A stretch of DNA of 64,000 nucleotides, from NCBI GenBank assembly GCA_951406725.2, contig OX597816.1, positions 94,240,001 to 94,304,000 of the forward strand, given 5' to 3'. Made by a program: the position numbers and the translations under genes. Shown here piece after piece: positions 13,755 to 26,882 of this stretch. The notes beneath the pieces were generated by a model. That model was not told the DNA's origin. It did not search any database and saw only the letters and a program-made list of their open reading frames with translations. The DNA is from Octopus vulgaris (taxonomy: Eukaryota). Position 1 is the stretch's first letter, and every line of letters begins with the position of its first letter.

Positions 13755-14512
13755 GGCTAGATTACAGAGTAAGGATGATAATTCTCGACAGCTAAATTCA
13801 CCAATCACCTGCAGTTGTAAGTTAAATTAGCAAGCCTCGTACACTTATACTCGTACATTTTGAGGTTAACAACTATCGCAGATACAATTATAGTGCGATA
13901 AACATTTCCTTGCTATCAATTCATCGATCATTTATTTTCCATGTGACTTCCATTCATTAAATTTATGCAGAGATTCTATTCTGAGAATGATTTGAACGGA
14001 TTATTATCTGCTTGTTTTCTAGTTTAAGCTATTTCCTTGAAGATCATTATGGGAAATGGTCTCAGATTTTAATTTGAGACCAATCCCCGTAAAATCAATT
14101 GCTATTAAGGATGTAAAATCAATTGCTATTAAGGATAAGATGAACCAGAAGAGAATGTCTGAGAAAATATTTGTGATCGTTCTGATGCGCCAGAATTTTC
14201 ATTTAAAAAGGATTTTTTCTTTACTTTTAGTCAATGATTCCGAGAGTCGTTGAGTGTCAAAGTGGTTTGATGCTGCAAACACAATAGATTGTTTTGTGTT
14301 CTGTGTTAATATAGAAGCATAAGAAAAGAAGAATTTAACTATGCATATACCAAATGGTTGGACAGGTATGGCTGCGTCACAGCCACGTTAGCCAAAACTC
14401 GGTTCCATCTTTGGTGTCTTCTAGTATAGCCTTAAGTTGATCAATGCCTTATGAGTGAAACTGATAATGGAAACTGTGGATATGTCCATTCATATAATGT
14501 GTGTGATGTATG

Positions 14513-14570
<58 letters not shown>

Positions 14571-15869
14571 GTTTGTATGTGTCTTTATATCTGTCCATAG
14601 GTTGTCACTCCGGTTTATGCTTATGTCCAGTAACCTAATTGTGTGACAAATTGATATTGCTAAAATATATGTACCAAATCTAAAAATAAGGACTGGAATC
14701 GGTATGATTACCAAAATATTTTTCAAGACACTACCCAGACACGGTCGTAATCCAATGACTGAAATAAATAAAGACTAAAAGAGTATTGCTCAAGTGATCT
14801 CTCAGAAGTCAAATAAGAGAAATTTTAGGTACTTAAAGACAATACATGCATCAAACGTTGGAAATATATGAATAACACGTTGACATTTAAACATATTAAA
14901 AATGAAGTAAGATGACATTTTCACAAATGTATAATTTGCCCTACGAATATTTTGTACATTGCAAGTTTCGGTAATTTCTACTTAGGAATCATTCAGCAAA
15001 CGAAAATTCCTATCCAGAGATCCCTGGAGAACACGATGACACGAGAGAAACAGAATGACCTAGCAGTTCTCAGCATTTAGAACAAATTTGCAGGAAGAAG
15101 TGATTTCAATGAAATAATGATAAAACATTTGCTTTTAAAAAGGGCGTAAAGCATGTTTCGTTTAATCATGATAATTGAGAATACTGCATTATTGAATTCA
15201 TAAAAGTAAATCTTAACAATGAGGTTAAACTTTCACTAAATTATCCACTTAATTCAGCTGATATTTTCCTTTTTCTCAAAATACTGTTGTTGACTGCTAA
15301 AAGCTTTAGAGCATGAATATTTTCATAAAAGAAAATCGACTATTTAAGGCACAACTTCGAGACATTAATGCTTGAAATGCCAAAATGTTGATAAAATTAC
15401 TGAAAGCGAAGAGCTTCCCGCACTTGGCTCATTAGACCGCCACAAGAATCCTGCTTCTAGTTCTAACCCAGGGCCCACATCTGTTGTCGAAGGTCCTGTT
15501 TACAATATACATACTCAAGTGCATACGTGCGCACTCATAACGAATGTATGCGTATGCATTTGTATGTGTACACACTCACTCACTCCCTCACTCACTCACA
15601 CACACACATATGTATATACACATATATACGCACGCAAACAAGATATAGATAGGATCCCTTAATTTCACGTCGATCTTTAATCGAAACTACTTTCTCCCAC
15701 ATCATACAGTTTCTATCCTTATACATCACACCTGCACCTACATTTCTTATTTTCTCCCTACTTTTTCAAATTCTGCTGATTTATTATTTAGTGTAGACTC
15801 TTTCTCTATCCCCAAGCTGCTGGATTTAACTACAAACGCATAAAAGAGAGTTCATTGCAACAATTCAAG

Positions 15870-17210
15870 GCAACTAGATCAAATACATCAATCAAAAGTG
15901 GGGGCGATTATACGAAAAGGAACTATAAAGACATTAAACTTGATGTTCACAAACGTTTGAAGCAGAAGAAAACTTCAGTTATATTGCAAAATCTTTCAAG
16001 ATTGCAACGTCTACAGTCAGCTATCAAGATATTAGTTTTTCGTGGATTTGATGTGTTATTTAGTTTGGGACGATTCTTGAGAGTGTAGATAGACAATCAG
16101 ACAGGACGTAATATTCAATATTTACAGCAACAATAAACTGAAACTTCTAATGCAACATCTTTTCTGCTTAGCAAAAGATGATCTAAATGGTTTAGGGGGT
16201 AACTTTATTTGCGTAACATTAATGTAATTAGTGAAGCTGTCAGTGGACAGAGGCTATTATCCAATATTCAAAGGAGTTGAAAAAGTTGTAGGTGAAGAAG
16301 GTGCTATACACCAAAGTATTTGTACAGTATTGTCAAAATTAAACTTTTGAGGATGCGCATACCTATTAAAGCTTTTATATCTAGCGGGAAAATCTGTACC
16401 AGGCTTTGAAGTTTCATAAAATCGTTGAACTTTTCTTGCGAGAAAAACTGCTCCTGGTGATTTGAAATATAAGTCCTTGTTCGTGAATTTATGTGCTTTC
16501 GTGAGTTACCCTTTCATCCACATGTTATCATGTTATTTGTTGATCAAGTAAGCTAGAGACTGCTTGAATGACTATAAGCCCTTTTCAAGAGAATATTACA
16601 AACAATTTTTGCCCTGCTGTAGAAAAGGACAAGACCGGCTGTAATAGTTAACTGTGAGGAGTTTTACCTGAAAACTTAGTAGCAACTCATAAAAGCAATT
16701 GATGGACAGGAAAATCTGAATTTAAATACTTCTGGTAAAAGATGTTCATTATTGTAGATGCAATAGATAACATAGCCGTTTAATGAGACGCTACTAACGG
16801 TGTTTGGAAAACTATTTGGCTAGATTGTATTCGTGAGTTTACAGATATTCAGTCAGCAGAAAGTCAACATTAAATCCGGTAAGACATTGGGAAACTTGCG
16901 ACACTGGCAAATGGTGAAGTCGTAGAAGATTTCATCATTAAGTTACAAGAGTCTATTAAAACTTGTTAATGAGAAGCTTGTTAAAAGAAGAGCAAGCTGC
17001 AACGAAAGATGTACATATTCAAATGACACTCACTTCACTTCAGTTGATTGCTAAAAATTTAACTAAAGCGTTGCTACTTATGTTGGAAGTTTCTGCTTGT
17101 CTTTTGCTGATGACGGTCCTAATTAGTTACTTATAAAGTTGAAAAAAGCTCATAATGAGCTTAGTCCTGACGCTGATTTGCATAAAAGGATGGAGTTCCG
17201 TACACATAAA
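15870..17210 (+). mobile_element. Highly decayed Tigger/pogo transposase
   Basis: Residual motifs in the expected order across frameshifts: KWF, NINVISEAVS, YTP, AFISSG, SVPGFEVS, TTNGVWKTIWLDC. Confidence 0.55.
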
Positions 17211-18057
17211 ACAATTGGGATTAGTTCTTCACCTCTGTAGTTCTACAGAGAAGATAGTGGCTCTTTTCTTTATTACAAATTAATATTAGCATAAATTCAT
17301 TGTTTTCCGGTTACATGGCGGGGATTTCTGTTAACTTTGGATGTAGGTATTTTGAAGTTACTATCAGTAATTTTTTTTCCCATTTTATGCTCAAAAGATT
17401 AATGTTTTCTTTCACTGTATCCGCAGTTAGTAGCGCAAGTCTTTAAGGTGAATTATGTAATAAAATAAAAGCATTATTTTACCAGGTGTGAATGTATTTA
17501 CCAACACTTGAGTGATTTATACTTGGAATTTGTCATATCATTTATCAAGTCAAGTACAAAAGCTGGATTCGATTTATGAGAACCTCTATGTGGTCGCTAG
17601 ATCTGTTAGAAATAGTAAGTAAATCACAGCATAATGAAGGGACGTCCTAGATAATGTAGCATATATATATATTTCGGGAGCGAACGAAGCCAACTTTGCA
17701 TAGCATAGCGGGCAAGGATCTTTTAACACTTGCTTGACCCTGGGACCCTTTCAAACTCCAGAAGAGATATCTATAGCCCTTGTCTGCATTTTAAACGCTA
17801 CCTGCAGCAGGCGTGAGATTTCCCGTTCATTGATTTGGGTTATAAAAAATAATTGCAAAATGTAACCAACCTAAGTGTGGAGATTCTCATTCATCGATTA
17901 AGACCATAAAATTTTGCTGACCAGACTGGTTTAAGGGCGATGACCCGTCCTGTTTAAGGCTCAGACAATATATAATATTTTTTTTGTCTACAAATTAATT
18001 GACCGTAAAAGTCTTCTCTCTCTAGTTTGAAGAGAGGTTATATGTGCGCACCATCGA

Positions 18058-18248
18058 AGTTTGACTGCGGCATGCTGGAGCACCGCCTTTAGTCGAGCAA
18101 ATCGACCCAGGACTTATTCTTTGTAAGCCTAGTACTTATTCTATCGGTCTCTTTTGCCTAACCCCTAAGTTACGGGGACGTAAACACACCACTATCGGTT
18201 GTCAAGCGATGTTGGGGGGGACAAACACAGAAACATACACACACACAT

Positions 18249-18301
<53 letters not shown>

Positions 18302-18464
18302 CGACGGGCTTCTTTCAGTTTCCGTCTACCAAATCCACTCACAATGCTTTGGTCGACCCGAGGCTATAGTAGAAGACACTTGCCCAAGGTGCCACGCAGT
18401 AGGAATGAACCCGGAACCATGTGGTTGGTAAGCAAGCTACTTACCACACAGCCACTCCTGCGCC
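18058..18464 (-). mobile_element. tRNA-derived SINE family B (CORE-like) with an internal (TA)n/(CA)n tract
   Basis: Reverse complement of GGCGCAGGAGTGGCTGTGTGGTAAG...GGTTC...ACCTTGGGCAAGTG. Confidence 0.85.
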
Positions 18465-18942
18465 TATATATATATATACATACATACAGTGTGTCTGAAA
18501 AACATGCGGCATGGTCAAGTCTGGAGTGACATTGATCAAGAGATTGCTCGATCTTGACTGATTTGACCACCAACAGTGCTGAATTTAGAGCAGTTCTAAT
18601 TATACATGTGTGGTAATGAGTGATGATTATAATCAACACTGTTATATTATTTATTCATTAAAGAAAATGAACACAGCGACTAAATATAAAAACAAGTTAC
18701 TTCTCAAAATAGTTAAGACCTTGTTATAGCGATGTGTTAACTGGCAGTTATGTTCGATCTTGGAATCTCAAGAATATACAACTTTCACCACCAGTATAAA
18801 TGCTGCGATTTGTTATATACATTATATCTAATTATATTACGTAAATGTTTTTGAAAGTATTAGGTGAAATGTTACCATTATTATTTGTGTGTTCGCGTGT
18901 ATCTGAAAGTATGTGTGCATATTTATTTTTATATATATTATA

Positions 18943-19132
18943 GGCGCAGGAGTGGCTGTGTGGTAAGTAGCTTGCTTACCAACCACATGGTTCCGGGTTC
19001 AGTCCTACTGCGTGGCACCTTGGGCAAGTGTCTTCTTCTATAGCCTCGGGTCGACCAAAGCCTTGTGAGTGGATTTGGTAGACGGAAACTGAAAGAAGCA
19101 CGTCGTATATATGTATATGTATATAGATATAG

Positions 19133-19168
<36 letters not shown>

Positions 19169-19322
19169 TTGTCCCTCCAACATCACTTGACAACCATAAC
19201 TTAGCGGTTCGGCAAAAGAGACCGATAGAATAAGTCCTGGGGTCGATTTGCTCGACTAGAGGCGGTGCTCCAGCATGACCACAGTCAAATGACTAAAACA
19301 AATAAAAGAGTAAAAGAGTAAA
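18943..19322 (+). mobile_element. SINE family B
   Basis: Near-identical head to the 18464 copy in the opposite orientation, ending in (GAGTAAAA) tail repeats. Confidence 0.87.
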
Positions 19323-19734
19323 ATATATATAAAAATAATTTAACATTAAACTGAGAGTTACTCAATACTTTTTTGAAGAGTGCATATTAATTCATATTTA
19401 CAAAGGAGAGCTCGACAGTAACTTCGAAATTCTGGTTTATCATTTGTCATCAAACTGTCTGAAAATAGCTGGTAAACCTACATTTCGAAGTCACAATCAA
19501 TCTTTGCTTGGTAAAATTTAATATGCATGTGTGTGTTGTATGGCTTCACGTCTTCCTCGAATGGATTGTTTTGTGGCCAAATGCATTCCATCCATGACCA
19601 TGTCTTTTTTTTCGAAAAGTGACATGAAGCTTATCTGGCTATTATTTCTAACGAGGGCTAGGACAATAAAAAGGTTATTTTTCCACTTCCTTAGCCAAAT
19701 ATAAAAATGGGTTCCAATTATTCTAAAGCATTCT

Positions 19735-20127
19735 TTTTATTCCTATTTCGGTAATGTGACTGAGGCCTTACTGTAGCATCGCCTTAAAGGGGTTTTTAGT
19801 CGAAGAAATCGCCATCAGGACTTATTCTTCGTAAGCCTAATACTTATTCTATCAGTCTCTGATGCTGAACTGGTAGGTTACGGGGATGTAAACACACCAA
19901 TATCGGTTGTCAAGCGATGGTGGGGGACAAAAACACATACGCGCGCGCGCACAAACACATATATATACGACGAGCTTCTTTCAGTTTCCGTCTATTAAAT
20001 CCACTCACAAGGCTTAGGGCGGCTCGAGGCTATAGTAGAAGACACTTGCCGAAAGTGCCACACAGTAGGACTGAGCCTGAAACCATGTGAGTGGGAAGCA
20101 AGCTTCTTACCACACAGCCACGCCTAC
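19735..20127 (-). mobile_element. SINE family B
   Basis: Same body and head, more diverged. Confidence 0.8.
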
Positions 20128-20474
20128 GTCACACAGATATACACGAACATTTTCTTTCAAATTAATGCCCTGTGCACATGATATCTGGTGCACCATAGGT
20201 GTGTTATTGCTGAAATTGTGTAGTCCCTAGTCATCTTTGTAGCGGCATAGCAGAAGATGCTCAACGACGGGAGACAAACACTTTTGGCGCCACACCTTAA
20301 GTAATAGACATCACACCAGAGAAAATTTTGCACTCTTTCACACACGCGCTTCTAGAGTTATGTTCAAGAAGAAAGACAGGAGAAGGACTAGGTTCGAACT
20401 ACAGATCTGTCAAACTAGTTATGTCATTCCGAACTTGCTGTTAATCCACTTTCGAGACTATGGTGGTTGCTGCA

Positions 20475-20708
20475 TAGGCGGCGAGCTGGCAGAATCGTTA
20501 GCACGCCGGGCAAAATGCTTAGCAGTATTTTGTCTGCCGCTACGCTTTGGGTTCAAATTCCACCAAGGTCGACTTTGCCTTTCGTCCTTTCGGGGGTCGA
20601 TAAATAAAGTACCAGTTACGCACTGGGGTCGATGTTATCGACTTAATCCCTTTGACTGTCCTTGTTTGTCCCCTCTATGTTTAGCCCCTTGTGGGCAGTA
20701 AAGAAATA
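20475..20708 (+). mobile_element. SINE family A, full length with a 16-bp TSD
   Basis: TSD TATGGTGGTTGCTGCA at 20459-20474 and 20709-20724. Nin-like core GCCTTTCGTCCTTTCGGGGGTCGATAAATAAAGTACC. Confidence 0.88.
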
Positions 20709-21111
20709 TATGGTGGTTGCTGCAGAGGTGGGCAAAATTGGAATCAGTCAGAAACCAACAGCTGCTGCTCTTCTACATTTATGATTGGTGATATTGGCCC
20801 ATGTTACACATACTGTGGTTCTTGCACTAAGAATAAAGTATTAGTCTTAATACTATTGATTTCCACCTCCCTTATTTCCTCATTGGCATTACAGATTGTA
20901 TCGATGACATTTCAGATGTTTCCATCCAATCTCTTGCTGTAATCAATGGACGACGATAATATTTATCTGTTGCAATATGACAACCATCAACACGACCATC
21001 ATCACCATTACTTCTATAAACAAACTCTCGTGATCATCATTAGTGCTGGCAACAACAATAGCAACGACGAAAAAGAGTATCATTTCGTTCTCCAAAGGAT
21101 CTCTCTCTCAC

Positions 21112-21178
<67 letters not shown>

Positions 21179-22479
21179 ATTTCTTTCCCTCCTTCTGTCT
21201 TTCTTTCTCTTCTTATCTCTCCCTCTCCCTCTCACTCTCTCTCTCTCTCTTTCGCTCTCTTTCTATCTTTCTCTTTATCTCTCTATCTATATATCTATCG
21301 ATCTATCTCTGATACTCTCGCGTTCTTTCTCTCCCCCTCTCTCTCCTTCTCTCTCCCCCTCTCTCTCTCCCTATCTCTCCCCCTCTCCCCCTCTCCCTCT
21401 CTCCCTCTCTCAAACACTCGCTTGATCGCTCAATAAACAAATAATCAGCGTTTAATTCGCAATATTTTGACATGTGCTTTCATGATGGTTATCGGGCAGT
21501 GAAAACAATTGTTTATACTGATTCTGTACATGTGCCTACATGCATTATATTCATAAATAATTTAATCTATATAGATTATAGCCGCTATTATCATACCGGC
21601 AGTGTTGAAATAGAATAAACCGATAAAATTACATGGTTTCCTTTTAAGAGAATCTGAAGATGGTGGGACTTGCTCAGTGTCATTTAATAAATATTATTAT
21701 TACCCGAATAAAGCTGAACAGGAAACATAGATATTAGGGGAGAAGTTTAGAAGTGAAAAACCTGTTGATAAGAGTGGAATTTGTTAAAATGTAATGTAAA
21801 TATGGTTGGATTATGGCTTGAAAATAGATTATAGGATGAAAAATTCATCCTTGATTTAAGAACATTTTTCGATTAAGGCGATATTGCAGAAATATTGAAC
21901 AAGTAGAGGTCGATTAGTTCTTGTAAAGAAACATTGATAAAGTCTTTTTTATCAAATAGTTCCAGTTGCGCGATTTCTTATCAAGAAGGCGAATTTACAT
22001 AAACGATATCGCTAAATCGTTTAATGAATAGAATTAGGATTCGCTGCAGTGTTTTGCAAAGAGAAACAATATGAAAAGAAAAATATGTGAAGAAAACGAT
22101 AACAAATATAGAAGGGAAACTGATGAAAAGAAACTCAGAAGGAAGAGAGATTTTATAGAATGAAACAGGGAAAGAATGTGAAAAATAAAAAAAATAGAAG
22201 ACGAAGTAGTACAGGAAAGACAAGGCATATGCATACATCATGCAAACACATACATATATACAGACACATACACATATGTATATGTATGTCGTTATTTCAA
22301 GATTTCATGCCAATAGCGAAAGAACCGGTTTCTAAGCTAGATCCAAGGCGCCTTCATTGGAATTTCAGCATCAACAGGGTATTTTTGTATGTATGTATGT
22401 ATGTATGTATGTATGTATGTATGTATGTATGTATGTATGTATGAGTGTGTGTGTGTGTGTGTATGTATGTGTGTATGTG

Positions 22480-22735
22480 AAGGCGCATTGCTCAGTAGTT
22501 AGAGCGTCGGGCTCACAATCATGAGGCAGTGAGTTCGATTCCTGGACAAAGTTGTGTGTTATGTTCTTGAGCAAGACACTTTATTTCACTTTGCTTCAGT
22601 TCACTCAGCTGTAGAAATGAGCTCGATGTCACTGGTGCGAGCAGTATCGGCCTTTGCCTTACCCTTGGATAAGATGGAGCGGGGAGGCTGGTATGCATGG
22701 GTGACTGCTGGTCTTCCATAAACAACCTTGCTTGG
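22480..22735 (+). mobile_element. SINE family C
   Basis: GGCGCATTGCTCAGTAGTTAGAGCG (A-box), GAGTTCGATTCC (B-box), then TTGAGCAAGACAC. Confidence 0.82.
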
Positions 22736-22825
22736 ACCTCAAACACGTAAATATTCATATATACATACATACATACACCTATATATGCGTGTGTATGTAT
22801 ATATATGTGTGTGTACATATATATG

Positions 22826-22932
<107 letters not shown>

Positions 22933-24612
22933 TTTGCGTGTGTGTGTGCACATTGCTGTATTATTATCTGCCAAATTCTGCTCACAAATGGACATCGCAC
23001 TTTGGGGACGAACCTGGAACTACGAGGTTATTAAGGCGAGCTTCTTAACCACGCAGCAATGACTGTATCGAAGACGAACTCGCTCATAGAACAGTGAAGA
23101 GGCAATATAAGAGATATCGAGTAAAAAAGGAGTATTCATGCCATGCGAAGGGTGAAAATCAACAAATTAAGAACCAGAAAACCAGAAAATTAATTAATGA
23201 AAATTAGTGAAGAGGAACTTTAAGAAATAAATTAATAATTCCACTCAAATGATTTATTATAATTGATTTTAAAAAATTAGAAATGCTTCATTTACATTTT
23301 GGTGGAACATTTTCAGAAATCAGATGTTATTAATATGTGTTAACTACTAAATAAAAAAAAAATAATAACTTTGAGACTCAGAGAACAAAAATAAAGAGAA
23401 AGTAAATATTAGTGTGTTCATTGCTTACCTTTAGCACATCTCCTACCTCACACCTCACACATAAAACCCTCGTGTCTTGCTCTGACTACTGGAAGGTGTA
23501 TTTGTTGAACTAATCTCTATGGTAATAAATCACACTAACTGTTTGGCTTACCCGCTTCCTCGACCACCGAGTGACATTCGTGAAGTGGAGAAATCGATGG
23601 TTTAATTAAAGTGGGGGCAGGAGACTTCATAATATATGCATGAATTCCTATATAAACATGTATAAGTGTAAGTTTGTATGTGTAGATATGTGTGTGTGTG
23701 TGTGTGTGTCTGTGTCTGTATGTCTGTGTGTGTGTGTGTGTGTGTGTGTCTGTGTCTGTGTCTGTATGTCTGTGTGTGTGTGTGTGTGTGTCTGTATGTG
23801 TGTGTGTGTGCGTACACGCGAGCGGTGTTCGGGAGAGAAATTAAAAAAGTAGATAAGACTACGGATTTATACATACATGCACGTGGATATATGTGGGTGT
23901 ATGTGCGTGTTTGGGTGCCAGCGTGTGCAAGTGTGTGTGAAAATATATATAGTCTCCTGCAAAGAAGCAGGCGTTGGAATGTATTTATATATTTATATAC
24001 GCAAGCATACGTGTACATAATGAAATACTTGCATACTCATTCCTGAATTAGTATGTATAACAAATTCAATCACACACGCACACGCACACACATTTCATAC
24101 GTGCTCACGTACATGCATGAATACATACTTACCTACATATATACATGTATGCATACATACATGCATGCACATACACATACATACACAAACATGCGATGCA
24201 TATATATATATATATTTACATGCATGCATACATACATACATACATACATACATACATACATACATACATACACATATACCCAAACATGCGATACATACAT
24301 GCATACCTAAATACATACATACACACACACTCAAACATACACAAACATACATATACACACATACACATACATACATACATACATACATACATACATACAT
24401 GCATGCATACATACATACATACATACATACATACATACATACATACATACATACATACATACATACATACATACATACATAAATGCATGCATACATACAT
24501 ACATACATACATACATACATACATACATACATACATACATACATAAATGCATGCATACATACATACATACATACATACATACATACATACATACATACAT
24601 ACATACATACAT

Positions 24613-25165
24613 GGTGGCTGGCCCCTCGTTATCGAGTATGGCCATTGCACGAAGCTTAATCAATGTTGTTATCGTGCAATGCTTGTGCAAGAAGATTTTT
24701 TTTTAAGCGAGGAAAGGCTGTGCACTGAGTCAATCCCACTCACTAAGCAACAGCAGCCATAATCCGAAAAGAAGAACAAGTCAACATCATCGGTAACCAC
24801 TGAGCCGCAGGTTTTATGTTGGAGTTATCCTAGTTACCTGAGTTACCTTCTCCTAGAAGGATGCCCTAACAAAGGTTAGGCTTCCTTCACTCCCAATGGT
24901 TTAACCGCGGGATCGGGTATTCAGTCCGATTATTTCTATGTCCCCGCGCATGATACAGCCTTAAGACATTTATTGGATGGCCGTTGACTCTCAAGAGTTC
25001 CTCCGCCCTTTGATGGGCTTTGCTTTTCATCCCGCACGGTGTCCAATAAACACCCTCCTCACCAAGCAAGCTTGGTGGGGTTGCCGGTTTAGTCGCCGAC
25101 GACTCGACCATGCAACAGGTTGTACTGGATTACATGTTACCAGTAGCACTCGAAAGTGACCTGAC
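24613..25165 (-). mobile_element. Non-autonomous RTE-like retroelement inserted in a (CATA)n microsatellite
   Basis: About 550 bp of GC-richer, non-coding sequence flanked by (CATA)n on both sides. The minus-strand 3' end GCCATACTCGATAACGAGGGGCCAGCCAC runs into (TGTA)n, like an RTE tail. Confidence 0.55.
25084..25161 (-). ncRNA. Possible HDV-like ribozyme at the 5' end of a non-autonomous RTE-like element
   Basis: Minus-strand order fits the nested double pseudoknot: P1 GGTCA/TGGTC, P2 CCAGT/ACCGG, P3 ACA/TGC, L3 ACCTGT, P4 TCG-TCGG-CGA, J4/2 CTAA. There is one mismatch each in P2 and P3. Confidence 0.4.
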
Positions 25166-25210
25166 ATACATACATACATACATACATACATACATACATA
25201 CATACATACA

Positions 25211-25240
<30 letters not shown>

Positions 25241-25241
<1 letters not shown>

Positions 25242-26160
25242 CAACACAAGAAATATTAGTGGAACATTCCCATCATAATTTCTACCAAGTTCAAACATAA
25301 CAGACCCAACATGGTTATTTGGGACAATAAGAAAGGTTATGTGCAGTCTTAGAGCTTAGTTGTCCAGCAGATGCGAACAACTCTCCTAAAATCAGCGGGA
25401 AAGAGAATATCTATGGACAACTGTTTCGAAACCTGAAATTCCTCTACCCTGGTTATAAATTTACATTCGTACAAATAATCATTAATGCACTTAATTATAT
25501 TAGTAAATATCTAAGCCACAATCTGAAGAAGCTAAGATTTTCGAGCAAAGAAAGGGACTGACTTTAATGAACTTCATAGATACATTATGGAAATGGAACA
25601 GTAAAAATATGCACGCATTTCCTGAAGTAACAATTATTGTAACAATTATTGCTGTTTTTATCGAAATTTCCATGATGGAGATTTTGTTTCTTTGTCAGAA
25701 ACCCTTATAGAAGGACATACATGGGGATAAATATGAACAATATCTCTATTATTGAGTACATGAACATCAACACAAAACTTATTGATGGAATGTTCTCATC
25801 AAAACTTCTTCTATGTGCAAACATGACAGGTCTGATGTTATTGAGGATAGAATTTTGAACAGAGGAAATTAGGAGTAATCATAGAGGCCAGCTGCTCTAC
25901 AGACACAAACAACTCTTCGAAAATCAACGAAAAGAAGAATATTTAAGGGCACCTGCTTCGAAATCTTCCTTTCCAATTATCGTTAGTGCATTTGGCTATG
26001 ATTTTTAGGTAAAGAAAGAAATCAGCACACATGCACATTACAAATATAATCTGGAAGTGAAAATTGTAAAAATATCCAAGACATCTAAAATTCAACATGT
26101 AACATCGTTATTGTTATCCAAATTCCAACAATGAAGGTTTGTTTCATGAAAACTAGAAAC
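25241..26160 (+). mobile_element. Two tandem 3' fragments of an R4/Dong-type LINE (RLE domain plus 3' UTR)
   Basis: KKY.WNIPIIISTKFKHNRPNMVIWD...VLELSCPADAN. A second, more decayed copy starts near 25766. Confidence 0.65.
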
Positions 26161-26837
26161 ATTAATTTTTTTTTTTTTTTTTATAAAAATGTTTCAGAAA
26201 TAAATTCTGAAAGTTAGTGGGCCTGTAAGCAAAGATTATCCAAAAGCATGTTCTGTAAATTCAGGCTTTAAGAGGAACAGTAAAAGATTTGCAAAACTTT
26301 TCTAAAACTCAACATGTTCTCGATATATATAAAACACCCATCCATATCTATGCATGTTCATAGACGTGTGTATGTGTGTGTATGTGCGTGTGTGTGTGTA
26401 TGTGTGTGTGTGTGTGCGTGTGTGTACGTGTGTGTATGTGTGAGTGTGTATGTGTGTGTGTATGTGTGTGCACGTGTGTGCATGTGTGTGTGTGAATGCA
26501 TGTGTGAATGCATGTGTATGTGTGTATGAGTGTGTGTGTGTGTGTGCGTGTGTGTATGGGTATGTATTTGTGTGTGTATGTGTGTGTGTGCGCGTGACAC
26601 AAAATCAAATGACTGAAACAAGGAAAATAGTTATTTTGATTCTTATTTCTAGTACTGTTGATTAGTACCCTTTCTTACTTGACGTCTATATTTCTGCCTT
26701 TAGGTGGTAAAATTGCGAATAAGCCACCCATATTATTCATAATTTTCACCTTTACCGTTTATGAAATCAGCGTGTGATTTCAACGGAAATCTCATACACT
26801 GACAAGGAGAACTGAGTTTAATCCCGGGCGCGGTGAG

Positions 26838-26882
26838 AGTCACTGACAAGCATTAAAATGCGAAATTATCGATGATCTGGTT
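26838..26882 (+). ncRNA. Hammerhead-ribozyme-like motif with a G8A core change
   Basis: AGTCA-CTGACAA-GCATT-AA-AATGC-GAAA-TTAT-CG-ATGA-TC-TGGTT. Stems I-III pair; the first box is CTGACAA instead of CTGACGA. Confidence 0.55.

Noticed and set aside
23420-23560. Two minus-strand GTAAGC donor-like sites suggesting exons
   Set aside because: Joining to the 30072 candidate exon through either nearby acceptor gives in-frame stops, and there is no recognisable protein.
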